Positions 1-8,907 of a stretch of DNA of 64,000 nucleotides are shown here, one piece after another. The position numbers were made by a program, and so were the translations under genes. This DNA is from Acidimicrobiia bacterium (GTDB lineage: Bacteria > Acidobacteriota > Vicinamibacteria > Vicinamibacterales > UBA2999), in the NCBI GenBank assembly GCA_016871255.1, contig VFZH01000004.1, positions 567 through 64,566 of the forward strand, read 5' to 3'. The notes under the pieces were generated by a model. The model was not told where the DNA came from. It saw only the letters and a program-made list of their open reading frames with translations, and made no database searches. The stretch's first letter is position 1; every line of letters starts with the position of its first letter.

Positions 1-1276
1 CAAGCAGGAAGAGTCGCCGCGCTACCACGGTCGAGACGTGGCGATCATGCGCGCCAGCCGGAGCGGCGCTCTCGTCGTGCTGGGATCCGCCACTCCGTCG
101 ATGGAGTCCTTCCATCACGCGTCCTCAGGCAAGTACACACTCGTGACCCTCACGCGCCGGGTCCACGACCGCCCGCTTGCCCGTGTGCGGATCGTGAACA
201 TGCGCGACGAGATGACAGAGGCGGGTCCCGACGTCGTCTTCAGCCGCGCGATGGCTGACGCGATTGCCGACCGGCTGGAGCGCCGGGAGCAGGTCGTCGT
301 CCTGCTCAATCGGCGCGGCTACGCCACGTCGGTGTTCTGCCGTCAGTGCGGCGACACGCTGGAGTGCCCCAACTGCAGCATCTCCCTGACCGTGCACCGG
401 TCGCGCCGGACGCCGCCGGGGACGACCGCCGGGCAGCGGGGGGGCGTCACCGACGACGCCGTGACGCGCGGACGCGCGCGGTGCCACTACTGCAACTACT
501 CGACGGCCGTACCCGGCCAGTGCCGCGTGTGCGCCGCGCCGTACCTCGACCTCGCGGGATTCGGAACCGAACGCGTGGAGCGGGAGCTCCGCGAGCGGTT
601 CCCCTCTGCCCGCGTGGGGCGCGTGGATCGCGACTCCGTGCGGCGGCGTGGCGCGCTCGGATCGCTGCTGGGGGCGTTCGCCGCGGGCGATCTCGACGTG
701 CTCGTCGGGACGCAGATGATTGCGAAGGGTCACGATTTCCCGCGGGTGACGCTCGTCGGCGTGGTCTCAGCCGATGCGGGGCTCGGCGTCGCCGACTTCC
801 GGGCCGCGGAACGGACGTTCCAGCTGCTGACGCAGGTCGCCGGGCGTGCCGGACGCGGCGATCGCCCGGGCGAGGCCATCGTCCAGACGGTGTACCCGGA
901 ACACTACAGCGTCAGCCTGGCCTGCCGGCAGGATTACCAGGCATTCTTTGCGAAAGAACGTGCGTACCGGCACGGCCTCCACTACCCGCCGGTCGTGGCA
1001 CTGATCAACGTCATCGTCCGCGGGCGGACGTTCGGAGAGGCGATGGAGACCGCGCGGGACCTCTCGCGTCTGATCGACGTGTCCGGGCCTGGCATCACGC
1101 TGCTCGGGCCGGCGCCGGCGCCGCTCGGCCGCCTGCGAGGCGAGCACCGCGTCCAGGTGCTGCTGAAGGGCCGGCGCAGGGCCGCGTTGCGCGAGGCTCT
1201 CGGTGCCGCGCTCGATCAGAGGCCGGACATCAGGCGGAGGGTCACCGTGGACGTCGATCCACAGAGCGTGCTCTGA
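1..1276 (+). CDS. priA: Primosomal protein N' (PriA helicase), 5' end lies outside the window
   Basis: The frame is open from base 2 (KQEESPRYHGRDVAIMRA...). It has Cys-rich zinc-binding motifs (CRQCGDTLECPNCS, CHYCNY, CRVC) and the helicase C-terminal motif VLVGTQMIAKGHDFP. Confidence 0.9.
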   Translation, partial: KQEESPRYHGRDVAIMRASRSGALVVLGSATPSMESFHHASSGKYTLVTLTRRVHDRPLARVRIVNMRDEMTEAGPDVVFSRAMADAIADRLERREQVVVLLNRRGYATSVFCRQCGDTLECPNCSISLTVHRSRRTPPGTTAGQRGGVTDDAVTRGRARCHYCNYSTAVPGQCRVCAAPYLDLAGFGTERVERELRERFPSARVGRVDRDSVRRRGALGSLLGAFAAGDLDVLVGTQMIAKGHDFPRVTLVGVVSADAGLGVADFRAAERTFQLLTQVAGRAGRGDRPGEAIVQTVYPEHYSVSLACRQDYQAFFAKERAYRHGLHYPPVVALINVIVRGRTFGEAMETARDLSRLIDVSGPGITLLGPAPAPLGRLRGEHRVQVLLKGRRRAALREALGAALDQRPDIRRRVTVDVDPQSVL

Positions 1277-2319
1277 GCCGGCGGGCACGCGTGCGCCATC
1301 CGCTCCTGACGGCGCTGCGGCTGCTGCGGGCTCACGAGATCCAGCGGCTCGATCGGGGCCGGCGTGAAGCACAGGCCGAACATGACGAGGGCGAACGCCG
1401 CCAGCCAGCGGCGGCCCCGGTCCAGCGGCACGTCTTCGTCCACCGTGCGTGGATGCCTCGGACCGAACGCGACCAGCATCGCGATCGTCAGGACGGTCCA
1501 GACCATCCACGAGGTGGAGACGAAGGTCAGGCCGATCAGGCATGCGACGGTGCCGAAGGTGACCAGCGTGGACCGCCGCCCGAACACGGCGTACGAGATG
1601 TGTCCGCCGTCGAGCTGCCCGATCGGAAACAGGTTGAGCGCCGTGGCGAGCAGCCCGAACCAGGCCGCGAACGCCATCGGGTGCATGTTGATCGAGTAGC
1701 CCTCCGGCGGAGTCCCCCAGGTGAGCCACGACACGAGGCGGAAGAGCAGCGGTTCGCCGAGCTCCATGCCCTGGAAGTCGGGCGGGACCATGACGACCCT
1801 GGACATCGCAACCCCGATCACGAGCAGCGGCACGGCCACGACGAAACCGGCAATCGGTCCCGCGATGCCGATGTCGAACAGCTGGCGCTTGGTGGGAATC
1901 GGCTGCCGGATGCGGATGAACGCGCCGAGCGTGCCCGTGAGCGGCAGCGGCGCCGGCAGGAAGTAGGGCAGCGACGCGTCCACGCTGTAGTACCGGCACG
2001 CCAGGTAGTGCCCCATCTCGTGGCAGCCCAGGATGCCGAGGATGGACAGGCTGTACCACAGGCCGTTCAGGTAGAGTTCGGCGGACGACAGCGGCAGCGG
2101 GCCGCTCCGGAAGTCCTGGACCCACGCGGCGTAGTGCAGGCCGCCCACGACGGTGGTCGTGAGGAAGGTGGCGAGGAGCAGGAGCGCGTACTTGGTGCGA
2201 CGCTCGGGCTCCTGGAGCGGCAACCGCGGATACGGGTATCCGCCCGGGCCGTGGGGCCCGGAATAGGGCGGCTGAGGTGAGGACAGGGGCGCTTCCGGCA
2301 ACTCGGGTGGGGTGGCCAT
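1216..2319 (-). CDS. Site-2 protease family (peptidase M50) membrane metalloprotease
   Basis: HEMGH zinc motif, a downstream NLFPIGQLDGGH motif, and multiple hydrophobic helices. Its 3' end overlaps the priA 3' end by 61 nt (convergent). Confidence 0.85.
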   Translation of the reverse strand: MATPPELPEAPLSSPQPPYSGPHGPGGYPYPRLPLQEPERRTKYALLLLATFLTTTVVGGLHYAAWVQDFRSGPLPLSSAELYLNGLWYSLSILGILGCHEMGHYLACRYYSVDASLPYFLPAPLPLTGTLGAFIRIRQPIPTKRQLFDIGIAGPIAGFVVAVPLLVIGVAMSRVVMVPPDFQGMELGEPLLFRLVSWLTWGTPPEGYSINMHPMAFAAWFGLLATALNLFPIGQLDGGHISYAVFGRRSTLVTFGTVACLIGLTFVSTSWMVWTVLTIAMLVAFGPRHPRTVDEDVPLDRGRRWLAAFALVMFGLCFTPAPIEPLDLVSPQQPQRRQERMAHACPPAQSTLCGSTSTVTLRLMSGL

Positions 2320-2347
2320 GCTCGGCGATGCCCGCGGACACGCGCGA

Positions 2348-2617
2348 CTAGCCGAGATTCTGCAGTTCCTTGCCTGGCTTGAATCTGATGGTACGGCCGG
2401 GAGGAATGCGAACTTCCTTTCCCGTCCGCGGGTTACGGCCGATCCCGCGCTTCCGCGGCTTCACCTGGAAAACACCGAACCCCCGCAGCTCGATACGGTC
2501 CCCACGCTGCATGGAGACCCTCATCGCGTCGAAGACCGCCTCCACGGCGACTTCGGCCTTGACCTTGGTGATGTCGGCCGCCTTCGAGACCTCGTTGACG
2601 ATATCGACCTTGATCAT
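2348..2617 (-). CDS. HU/IHF family DNA-binding protein
   Basis: 89 aa. Contains the typical RGFGVFQVKPRKRGIGRNPRTGKEVRIPPGRTIRFKPGKEL beta-arm. A GGAGG Shine-Dalgarno lies upstream of the ATG. Confidence 0.9.
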   Translation of the reverse strand: MIKVDIVNEVSKAADITKVKAEVAVEAVFDAMRVSMQRGDRIELRGFGVFQVKPRKRGIGRNPRTGKEVRIPPGRTIRFKPGKELQNLG

Positions 2618-2649
2618 GGGTCGGTCCTCCCGGGCCGGGAGCCGTAACT

Positions 2650-2678
2650 ACTATAAAAATAGTCACTTAGGCTGTCAA
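2650..2678 (-). promoter_or_regulatory. Sigma70-type promoter for the HU/IHF gene
   Basis: On the minus strand it reads TTGACA (2678-2673), a 17-nt spacer, then TATAGT (2655-2650). It sits about 33 nt upstream of the ATG at 2617 in the only AT-rich patch of the intergenic region. Confidence 0.6.
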
Positions 2679-2773
2679 CTGTGTCTGGAACCGCGCGCAC
2701 GTGCGTTCACGGGAGCGCACCCGCCGGCCAGACGGCCCGCCGAGCTGGGGCATACTGCTCTGGCAGACAGGAC

Positions 2774-4114
2774 ATGCGCCGCTCACACCCATCGGTCGTT
2801 CTCCTCGGTCGCCCGAACGTCGGCAAGTCCACGCTGTTCAATCGTTTGACGCGAACCCGTCGCGCGATCGTCACCCCGGTTCCCGGCACCACGCGTGACG
2901 TGATCGCCCAACGGGTCGAACTGGGTGGCGCGTCGATCGATCTGGTCGATACCGGCGGCATGTTCGGCGCCAGCGAGGATCCGCTCCAGGCCGAGGTGGT
3001 CCGGCGGGGACAGCGGGCCGTGTCGAACGCCGATCTCCTTGTTCTCGTGGTAGATGGACGGGAAGGGGCGGTGCCGGCCGACCAGGAGGTGGCGCGCGTG
3101 GCCCGGAGCGCCGGCGTCCCCGTGCTGCTCGTGATCAACAAGATCGACGATCGCCGGGCCGGGGCCGGAGCGATGGAGTTCTACCAGTTCGGTTTCGACC
3201 ACGTGTTCGAGATTTCGGCCGAGCACGGGGTGGGCGTGGCCGACCTGGTCGACGCGCTCGCCGCGCGAGTGGGCTCTCGAGAGCCGCAGGGAGATTCGGG
3301 GACGCCTGCGCCGGTCGAGCCGGCCATCGCCGTGGTCGGGAGACCGAACGCCGGCAAGTCCTCGCTCGTCAACCGGTTGCTGCGCGAGGATCGGATGCTG
3401 GTCAGCGACCTCCCAGGCACGACCCGCGATGCGGTGGACAGCGTAGTGACCTGGCATCGGCGCCAGTTCCGCATCGTCGATACCGCCGGCATCAGGCGGC
3501 CGGGCCGGGTGGCCCGTGGCGGCCAGGTCGAGACGGTCAGCGTGCTGCTGGCGCGGAGGGCGATCGAGGCCGCAGACGTCGTGGTGCTCGTGGTGGACGC
3601 GGCCGAAGGGGCGACCGATCAGGACGCCGCGATTGCCGGCGAGGCCGACAAGGCGGGGTGCGGCGTGCTGGTGGCCGCGAACAAGTGGGACCTGATGAAG
3701 GGGCGCGGGGAACGAACCGCGCGCGACTTCGACGAGGCGCTGCGACGCCGGCTCAAGTTCCTGGACTACGCGCCGATCCTGCACCTGTCGGCGGCGACGG
3801 GCGAGCGGGTGTCGAAGGTGCTGGAGACGATCGACCGGATCGCCGAGGCGCGCCGCCGCCGGATTCCCACGGGCGAGCTGAACCGGTTCGTCGAGCGCGT
3901 GACGGCCGCCCATCCACCCGTCAGCCCCGGCCGGCGGCACGTGCGGGTGCTCTACGCCGCGCAGACCGGCGTCGCACCGCCGACCTTCGTCTTCTTCACC
4001 AACGTGGCGACGCGCTTCCACTTCTCCTACGAGCGCTTCCTCATCAACCAGCTCCGCTCGGAATTCGGGTTTGCGGGCTCGCCGATCCGGCTTCACGTCC
4101 GCAAGCGCGGGTGA
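2774..4114 (+). CDS. der: Ribosome biogenesis GTPase Der (EngA)
   Basis: Two tandem G domains (GRPNVGKSTLFNRL...DTGG...NKID and GRPNAGKSSLVNRL...DTAG...NKWD) plus a KH-like C-terminus. I chose the ATG at 2774 rather than the track start at 2681. Confidence 0.93.
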   Translation: MRRSHPSVVLLGRPNVGKSTLFNRLTRTRRAIVTPVPGTTRDVIAQRVELGGASIDLVDTGGMFGASEDPLQAEVVRRGQRAVSNADLLVLVVDGREGAVPADQEVARVARSAGVPVLLVINKIDDRRAGAGAMEFYQFGFDHVFEISAEHGVGVADLVDALAARVGSREPQGDSGTPAPVEPAIAVVGRPNAGKSSLVNRLLREDRMLVSDLPGTTRDAVDSVVTWHRRQFRIVDTAGIRRPGRVARGGQVETVSVLLARRAIEAADVVVLVVDAAEGATDQDAAIAGEADKAGCGVLVAANKWDLMKGRGERTARDFDEALRRRLKFLDYAPILHLSAATGERVSKVLETIDRIAEARRRRIPTGELNRFVERVTAAHPPVSPGRRHVRVLYAAQTGVAPPTFVFFTNVATRFHFSYERFLINQLRSEFGFAGSPIRLHVRKRG

Positions 4115-4149
4115 CGGCCGCCCCTTCCCCTCCTGCTATACTCGGTCGC

Positions 4150-4626
4150 ATGCCGCAGCGGCTGTTCACCGGTTCCGAGGTCTGCGAACTGGCGCGGCTG
4201 CAGCCGTACGTGCTGCGGTCCTGGGAAAAGGAGTTTCCCGGGATCGGCGTCGAGCAGGAGGACCACAGCCAGCGGGTCTACCGCCAGGCGGACGTCGATC
4301 AGGTCCTCCGCATCAGGCAGCTCGTGTTCGGCGAAGGGCTGACGCTCAGCGGCGCGCGCCGCCGGATGGAGTCGGGCGACGAGGCCCCGGCCAGGGTCGA
4401 ACGTGCGGGGTTTCTCCCGCTGGGCCCGCTGGACGACGAGGCGCGAAAGCGGATCGGCGCTGTGCGGGAGGGTCTGCGATCGCTGCTCGAGATGCTCGAG
4501 CAGCAGGTGCACGCTCCGGCGCCGGCCACGTCACCTTCCGCAGCGGCCGGATCTCGGGCGGAGGGAGCCGCACGCCGTGAGGCGTCCGGGGCAGGGAAGC
4601 CGAAACGGTCGAGATCACGCAGCTGA
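4150..4626 (+). CDS. MerR family transcriptional regulator
   Basis: N-terminal MerR-type HTH (FTGSEVCELARLQPYVLRSWEKEFPGI...RVYRQADVDQVLRIRQL). This is an internal ATG of track ORF 3658..4626. A TATACT box ends 8 nt upstream of that ATG. Confidence 0.8.
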   Translation: MPQRLFTGSEVCELARLQPYVLRSWEKEFPGIGVEQEDHSQRVYRQADVDQVLRIRQLVFGEGLTLSGARRRMESGDEAPARVERAGFLPLGPLDDEARKRIGAVREGLRSLLEMLEQQVHAPAPATSPSAAAGSRAEGAARREASGAGKPKRSRSRS

Positions 4627-4647
4627 GCGTGCGGGAGTCGAGAGCGT

Positions 4648-4724
4648 CGGGGCGTAGCGCAGCCTGGTAGCGCACCTGAATGGGGTTCAGGGGGTCGCTG
4701 GTTCGAATCCAGTCGCCCCGACCA
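4648..4724 (+). tRNA. tRNA-Pro (anticodon GGG)
   Basis: I folded the cloverleaf by hand. Acceptor CGGGGCG/CGCCCCG; D-arm GCGC-AGCCTGGTA-GCGC; anticodon stem CCTGA/TCAGG with loop AUGGGGU; T-arm GCTGG-TTCGAAT-CCAGT; discriminator A and an encoded CCA. Confidence 0.93.
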
Positions 4725-4747
4725 GTTCTTCTCTCCCCCCTAGATCC

Positions 4748-4789
4748 GGCCGGCTGCCGTCGGCCTCGCTCAGGCCAGGAAAGCCGGCC
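4748..4789. repeat. 42-nt intergenic repeat, copy A (second copy at 14034-14075)
   Basis: GGCCGGCTGCCGTCGGCCTCGCTCAGGCCAGGAAAGCCGGCC matches copy B at 38 of 42 positions. The terminal 8-mers GGCCGGCT and AGCCGGCC can pair. Confidence 0.6.
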
Positions 4790-4805
4790 GCCACGAGTGT
4801 TCCGG

Positions 4806-5378
4806 TCAGCGGCGTCCTTCCCTCCAGGCGCGCCCGAACCTCGGCGCCGCCCACAGCACCCACGGCACGAGCAGCGCCCCGGCAATCAGGTCCACGACGT
4901 AGTGGTGCCGGAGGTAGACCGTCGCGGTCAGCAGGCCGCTGACGACGACCAGCAGGATCGGCACGTACCAGCGCAGGTACCGCCACGCGTAGACGATCGT
5001 CAGCAGGCTCACGGCCGCGTGCAGGCTTGGAAAGGCCGCGCGTGAGGCTTCGTTCGGCATCATCGAGATCAGTGCGTTCTCGAACGCCGTGATCCCCATG
5101 CCGGTGCCGCGCAGGTCCACCGAGAAGTAGCCGAGCGAGGCCATGTAGAGCCGCGGTGGCGCCGCCGGAAACACGAGATACAGGACGTAGCCGGTGTAGA
5201 AGCAGATGATCGTGCCAAGGAGTGTCGCCCGCGCCTCGGCATGGCGCCCGGTGAGCAGGAGCAGCAGCACGAGCGACGGCGCGATCATGAAGAAGGAGGC
5301 GTAGAAGGCGCTGAACAGCTCCGTCCGCGCCGGCGTGATGAACTGCTCGGCCCACACGACCGGCTGTCCCCCGAACAT
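4806..5378 (-). CDS. PAP2 superfamily phosphatase (membrane protein), possibly 5'-truncated by the adjacent IS
   Basis: PSLHAA and RHHYVVD PAP2 motifs and about 5 hydrophobic helices. The reading frame stays open upstream of the ATG at 5378, up to and into the IS left end. Confidence 0.75.
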   Translation of the reverse strand: MFGGQPVVWAEQFITPARTELFSAFYASFFMIAPSLVLLLLLTGRHAEARATLLGTIICFYTGYVLYLVFPAAPPRLYMASLGYFSVDLRGTGMGITAFENALISMMPNEASRAAFPSLHAAVSLLTIVYAWRYLRWYVPILLVVVSGLLTATVYLRHHYVVDLIAGALLVPWVLWAAPRFGRAWREGRR

Positions 5379-5420
5379 CCACGCCTCCAGCGCGACGAGC
5401 CACGCGTGGATGTCGTGCGG

Positions 5421-5472
5421 GTGTTGTGACTCCTTGATAATGTCCCCTCGCGGACTCGTTAGAAATGTCCCC
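5421..5472. repeat. IS left end: outer (degenerate) and inner (perfect) copies of the terminal motif
   Basis: The inner copy GACTCGTTAGAAATGTCCCC (5453-5472) is the exact reverse complement of 6979-6998. The outer copy (5428-5447) matches at 16/20. Confidence 0.7.
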
Positions 5473-5503
5473 CTAAGCTGACGACCTCTGAGGAGGTCGT
5501 GAA

Positions 5504-6844
5504 TTGGGGCGGACGGCGATGAGTACGACAGAGCTACGGCGTGCGGGCATCTTGGCGCGGGTCGCCGCGGGGACCTTGAAGGTGGGATCGGCGGCCCTCT
5601 TGATGGAGGTGAGCTACCGGCAGGCGAAGCGCGTGTACCGGCGCTACCGCGCCGAGGGTGCGAAGGGCCTCAAACATCGGAGCGCCGGACGCGCCTCGAA
5701 TCGGGCGACGGACGCGCGGACGCAGCGACGGGTGCTGGCGCTGATTCGCGAGAAATACGGCGGGGGCGTGGACGAGCGCTTCGGGCCGACGCTGGCCGCC
5801 GAGCATCTGGCGAGTGAAGACGGGATCACGGTCGATCACGAAACGCTGCGGCGCTGGATGTTGGCGGCCGGCCTGTGGAGCCGGGCGCGCAAGCGCAGTC
5901 CGCATCGCCGTCGTCGCGCCCGCATGGCGCACTTCGGGGAGCTGGTGCAGCTCGACGGCAGTTTCCATCCGTGGTTCGAGGACCGCGGCCCGCACAGTTG
6001 TCTCCTGACGCTGGTCGACGACGCGACCGGGCGCAGCCTGGGACGCTTCGGGGCGCAGGAGACGATCTGGGCGGCCGTGGAGATCGTGCGCGCGTGGATC
6101 GGGCAGTACGGGATTCCCCGGGCCCTCTACACGGATTGGAAGAATGTCTACGTGCGCCGGCCGAATCAGGAGGAGCGCGAGACGGGCGCCGCACCGTTGA
6201 CGCAATTCGGCCGCATGTGTGCGGCGCTGGGCATCAAGATCATCCCGGCGAGTTCGCCGCAGGCGAAGGGCCGCATCGAGCGCAACCATGGGACGCAACA
6301 AGACCGACTGGTGAAGAAACTGCGGCGGAAACGCATCGCCGAGGTCGACGCGGCGAATGCGTTTCTCGCCGCCGAATATTGGGCCGACCATAATGCGCGC
6401 TTCGCCCAGGCCCCGGCCTCGGGGGAAGACTTCCACGTGGCGGTCCCGCGGCGGGTGTCGTTGGACCAGGTCTTCCGGCTCGAGCAGAAACGGACGGTCT
6501 CGAACGACTGGGTCGTGCGGTACGACAATCGGCTCTTGCAGCTCGAGCGGCAGAGTGGGCGGCCGCCGGCGCGCAGCACGGTGCTGGTCTACGAGACCAG
6601 CGATGGCCAGGTGGAGATTCGCTATCGCGATCGCGTGATGCGCTGGACCGAACTCCCAGCGCTGCCGCCGAGCGAGCCTGTGCCGCCGGCGGCGGCCCCG
6701 GGCCGACCGGACCGCCCGCGCGTGATTCGGCTGAAGCCGAAACGCGTCTGCGACGATCATCCGTGGCGCCGGAGCGTCGAACAGTTCCGGATCGATCAGC
6801 AACTGGCCGCCGATCGCAAGGCGTACGACGCGGTCAATCCGTGA
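5504..6844 (+). CDS. IS transposase (N-terminal HTH plus rve/DDE integrase core)
   Basis: 446 aa. Candidate DDE residues lie in VQLDGS, LYTDWKNVY and KGRIERNHGT. A TTG start follows an AGGAGG 7 nt upstream. The protein resembles the roughly 440-aa transposases usually annotated as ISNCY family. Confidence 0.9.
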   Translation: MGRTAMSTTELRRAGILARVAAGTLKVGSAALLMEVSYRQAKRVYRRYRAEGAKGLKHRSAGRASNRATDARTQRRVLALIREKYGGGVDERFGPTLAAEHLASEDGITVDHETLRRWMLAAGLWSRARKRSPHRRRRARMAHFGELVQLDGSFHPWFEDRGPHSCLLTLVDDATGRSLGRFGAQETIWAAVEIVRAWIGQYGIPRALYTDWKNVYVRRPNQEERETGAAPLTQFGRMCAALGIKIIPASSPQAKGRIERNHGTQQDRLVKKLRRKRIAEVDAANAFLAAEYWADHNARFAQAPASGEDFHVAVPRRVSLDQVFRLEQKRTVSNDWVVRYDNRLLQLERQSGRPPARSTVLVYETSDGQVEIRYRDRVMRWTELPALPPSEPVPPAAAPGRPDRPRVIRLKPKRVCDDHPWRRSVEQFRIDQQLAADRKAYDAVNP

Positions 6845-6903
6845 GGCCGCCTGTGGAAGCTGCCCGAGCCGTGGACGCGAAGCGCACGCGCCCACCGCTC
6901 GTT

Positions 6904-6926
6904 GGAAAACTACAGAACAGTTTTCC
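6904..6926. repeat. Perfect hairpin-forming inverted repeat inside the IS, downstream of the transposase stop
   Basis: GGAAAACT (6904-6911), a 7-nt loop ACAGAAC, then AGTTTTCC (6919-6926). Confidence 0.5.
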
Positions 6927-6952
6927 ACAGCTACCACCGGCATCATCAACCA

Positions 6953-7005
6953 GGGGACATTTCTAACGAGTTAAGAACGGGGACATTTCTAACGAGTCTT
7001 GACAC
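6953..7005. repeat. IS right end: inner and outer copies of the terminal motif
   Basis: GGGGACATTTCTAACGAG at 6953-6970 and GGGGACATTTCTAACGAGTC at 6979-6998, 26 bp apart. This mirrors the 25-bp spacing at the left end. Confidence 0.7.
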
Positions 7006-7108
7006 GGTCGGCGCCCGGGCTTGTCACCGGGCCCCGAACCTGTGCTAAGGTTCGCGTACGTCACGCCGATGACACACCTTCGGTAGCGCCAACGAGGAGG
7101 GGCGGCCT

Positions 7109-7339
7109 ATGAATGCAGCCGAATCTCAGCACGTGCGCAGCCACCTGCTGCAGACCGACGACCAGTACCGCCAGCTGGCCACTCGGCATCAGGAGCTCGA
7201 ATCCCGCCTGCACGAGCTCACCAACAAGCACTACCTCACCGCATCCGAAGAACTCGAAGAAGTCACCTTGAAGAAGCGCAAGCTGGCCCTGAAGGACCAG
7301 ATGGAAGCGATTGCCAGGGGAGCTCACCGCTCGCCGTAG
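7109..7339 (+). CDS. DUF465 (YdcH-like) small coiled-coil protein
   Basis: 76 aa. The pattern HLLQTDDQYRQLATRHQELESRLHELTNKHYLTASEELEEVTLKKRKLALKDQM is typical of the family. GAGGAGG Shine-Dalgarno upstream. Confidence 0.8.
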   Translation: MNAAESQHVRSHLLQTDDQYRQLATRHQELESRLHELTNKHYLTASEELEEVTLKKRKLALKDQMEAIARGAHRSP

Positions 7340-7393
7340 CCGCACGCCCGCGCCGTGCCGGTGCCCGGTGCGCGTGGCACCCCGCGGCCTCGC

Positions 7394-7399
7394 TAGAAT
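7394..7399 (+). promoter_or_regulatory. Candidate -10 box (TAGAAT) giving a leaderless or near-leaderless psd transcript
   Basis: TAGAAT ends 6 nt before the psd ATG at 7406, and there is no Shine-Dalgarno between them. No convincing -35 was found. Confidence 0.35.
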
Positions 7400-7405
7400 G
7401 TCGGC

Positions 7406-8044
7406 ATGCTGATCGATCCGGCCGGGCGGCCTTTCGTCATTGGTGCCGCGGTCGCGGCGCTGGCGCTGGGTGCCTGGGGAGGCTGGTGGATGTCCGTGCC
7501 CGGGCTCCTGCTGGTCGCGCTGTTCCTGTTCTTCTTCAGGGACCCGCACCGGGGGGCACCCGGCGTCTCGAAGCAGACCGTGGTGTCTCCAGCGGACGGG
7601 CGGGTGCTGATCGCGGGCGACGCGGTCAGCGAGACGCTGCCGGACGGCGAGTGGCGCCAGGTCAGCATCTTCCTGTCGCCGCTGGACGTGCACGTCAATC
7701 GCATGCCCCTGGGAGGCCGCGTGACCCGCGTCTCCCGCCACCGCGGGCGCTATCTCCCCGCGTACCGGCGTGACGCAGGCGACCTCAACGAGTACGCCGA
7801 GGTTCACCTGGACCACGACGGGCAGACGGTCATCGTCCGGCAGGTGGTCGGTCTGCTGGCGCGCCGGGTGGTGTGCCGGGCGGCGGCCGGCGACGAGTTC
7901 ACGGCCGGTCAGCGGTACGGGGTCATGAAGTTCGGTTCGCGCATGGACGTCTTCCTGCCCGCGGGGAGCGCGATCCTCGTCAGCCCCGGTGACCGGGTCA
8001 CCGGGGGCGTGACGCCGATCGCAACCCTGGCGGTGGCTGACTGA
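7406..8044 (+). CDS. psd: Phosphatidylserine decarboxylase proenzyme (short type)
   Basis: 212 aa with N-terminal membrane helices, the C-terminal MKFGSRMDV self-cleavage (G-S) motif, and SIFLSPLDVHVNR. Confidence 0.9.
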   Translation: MLIDPAGRPFVIGAAVAALALGAWGGWWMSVPGLLLVALFLFFFRDPHRGAPGVSKQTVVSPADGRVLIAGDAVSETLPDGEWRQVSIFLSPLDVHVNRMPLGGRVTRVSRHRGRYLPAYRRDAGDLNEYAEVHLDHDGQTVIVRQVVGLLARRVVCRAAAGDEFTAGQRYGVMKFGSRMDVFLPAGSAILVSPGDRVTGGVTPIATLAVAD

Positions 8045-8907
8045 TGGTGTCTCACGACCACGATCTGCGGTTGCGGATCCTGCCACGCCGCCGGCGCGGG
8101 GGCGTGGCGGACCATCTGCCGCACGTGCGGCGCGGCGTGTATCTGCTCCCGAGCCTGCTCACGATGGGCAACCTGCTCTGCGGGTACGCCTGCATCGTGC
8201 TGGCCATGCGCGGAGACTTCGCGGTCGCTGCCGTCTTCATCGGCATCGCGATCGTGCTCGACATGCTCGATGGACGCGTGGCGCGGCTCACGGGCACGAC
8301 GAGCGCCTTCGGCATCGAGTTCGACTCGCTGGCCGACGTGGTGTCGTTCGGGCTGGCGCCGGCGATCCTCGCCTACGCGTGGGGCCTGCAGCCGCTCGGG
8401 CGGCTGGGGTGGGCGGCCGGCTTCGTCTTCCTGGCCGGTGCCGCCGTACGCCTGGCCCGGTTCAACATCCAGCAGGCCACGCAGGACAAGCGCTACTTCG
8501 TCGGGATGCCCAGTCCGGCGGCGGCCGGCGTCCCGGCCTCCACCGTGTTTGCCTACCCGGCCGGGTTCCACACCTTTCCCGAGGCGATTCCCGTCCTGGC
8601 CCTGGTGCTGGTACCGGCGCTGCTCATGGTCAGCGCGTTCCGCTTCCACAGCTTCAAGACGTTCGACCTTCGCGTGCGTCGCCGCTATCCCGTGCTGATC
8701 CTGGTGGCGGCCGGGTTCGCGCTGCTGGTGGCTCAACCGGACCTCGTACTGGTCGCGCTGGCCTACGGGTACCTCCTGTCGCCAGCCCTGACGGCGGCGG
8801 TCCAGCGCCTCCGACGACGGCCGCCGGCAGCCGAGGCGGATGGGGGCGACGAGGAGTCCGGCTCTCCTGTCGAGCCGCAGGCGGTTACACGGCCACCGGC
8901 AGGGTAA
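8044..8907 (+). CDS. pssA: CDP-diacylglycerol--serine O-phosphatidyltransferase
   Basis: CDP-alcohol phosphatidyltransferase motif DMLDGRVARLTGTTSAFGIEFDSLAD. The start overlaps the psd stop by 1 nt. Confidence 0.9.
   Translation: MVSHDHDLRLRILPRRRRGGVADHLPHVRRGVYLLPSLLTMGNLLCGYACIVLAMRGDFAVAAVFIGIAIVLDMLDGRVARLTGTTSAFGIEFDSLADVVSFGLAPAILAYAWGLQPLGRLGWAAGFVFLAGAAVRLARFNIQQATQDKRYFVGMPSPAAAGVPASTVFAYPAGFHTFPEAIPVLALVLVPALLMVSAFRFHSFKTFDLRVRRRYPVLILVAAGFALLVAQPDLVLVALAYGYLLSPALTAAVQRLRRRPPAAEADGGDEESGSPVEPQAVTRPPAG

Larger units (their letters stand above)
5421..7005 (+). mobile_element. Insertion sequence (about 1.6 kb) with a single DDE transposase gene; ISNCY-like family call is unverified
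   Basis: Imperfect 27-bp terminal inverted repeats: GTGTTGTGACTCCTTGATAATGTCCCC on the left versus the reverse complement of GGGGACATTTCTAACGAGTCTTGACAC on the right (20/27). There are also perfect subterminal copies and a full-length transposase ORF between the ends. No clear target-site duplication beyond a GG dinucleotide. Confidence 0.8.
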
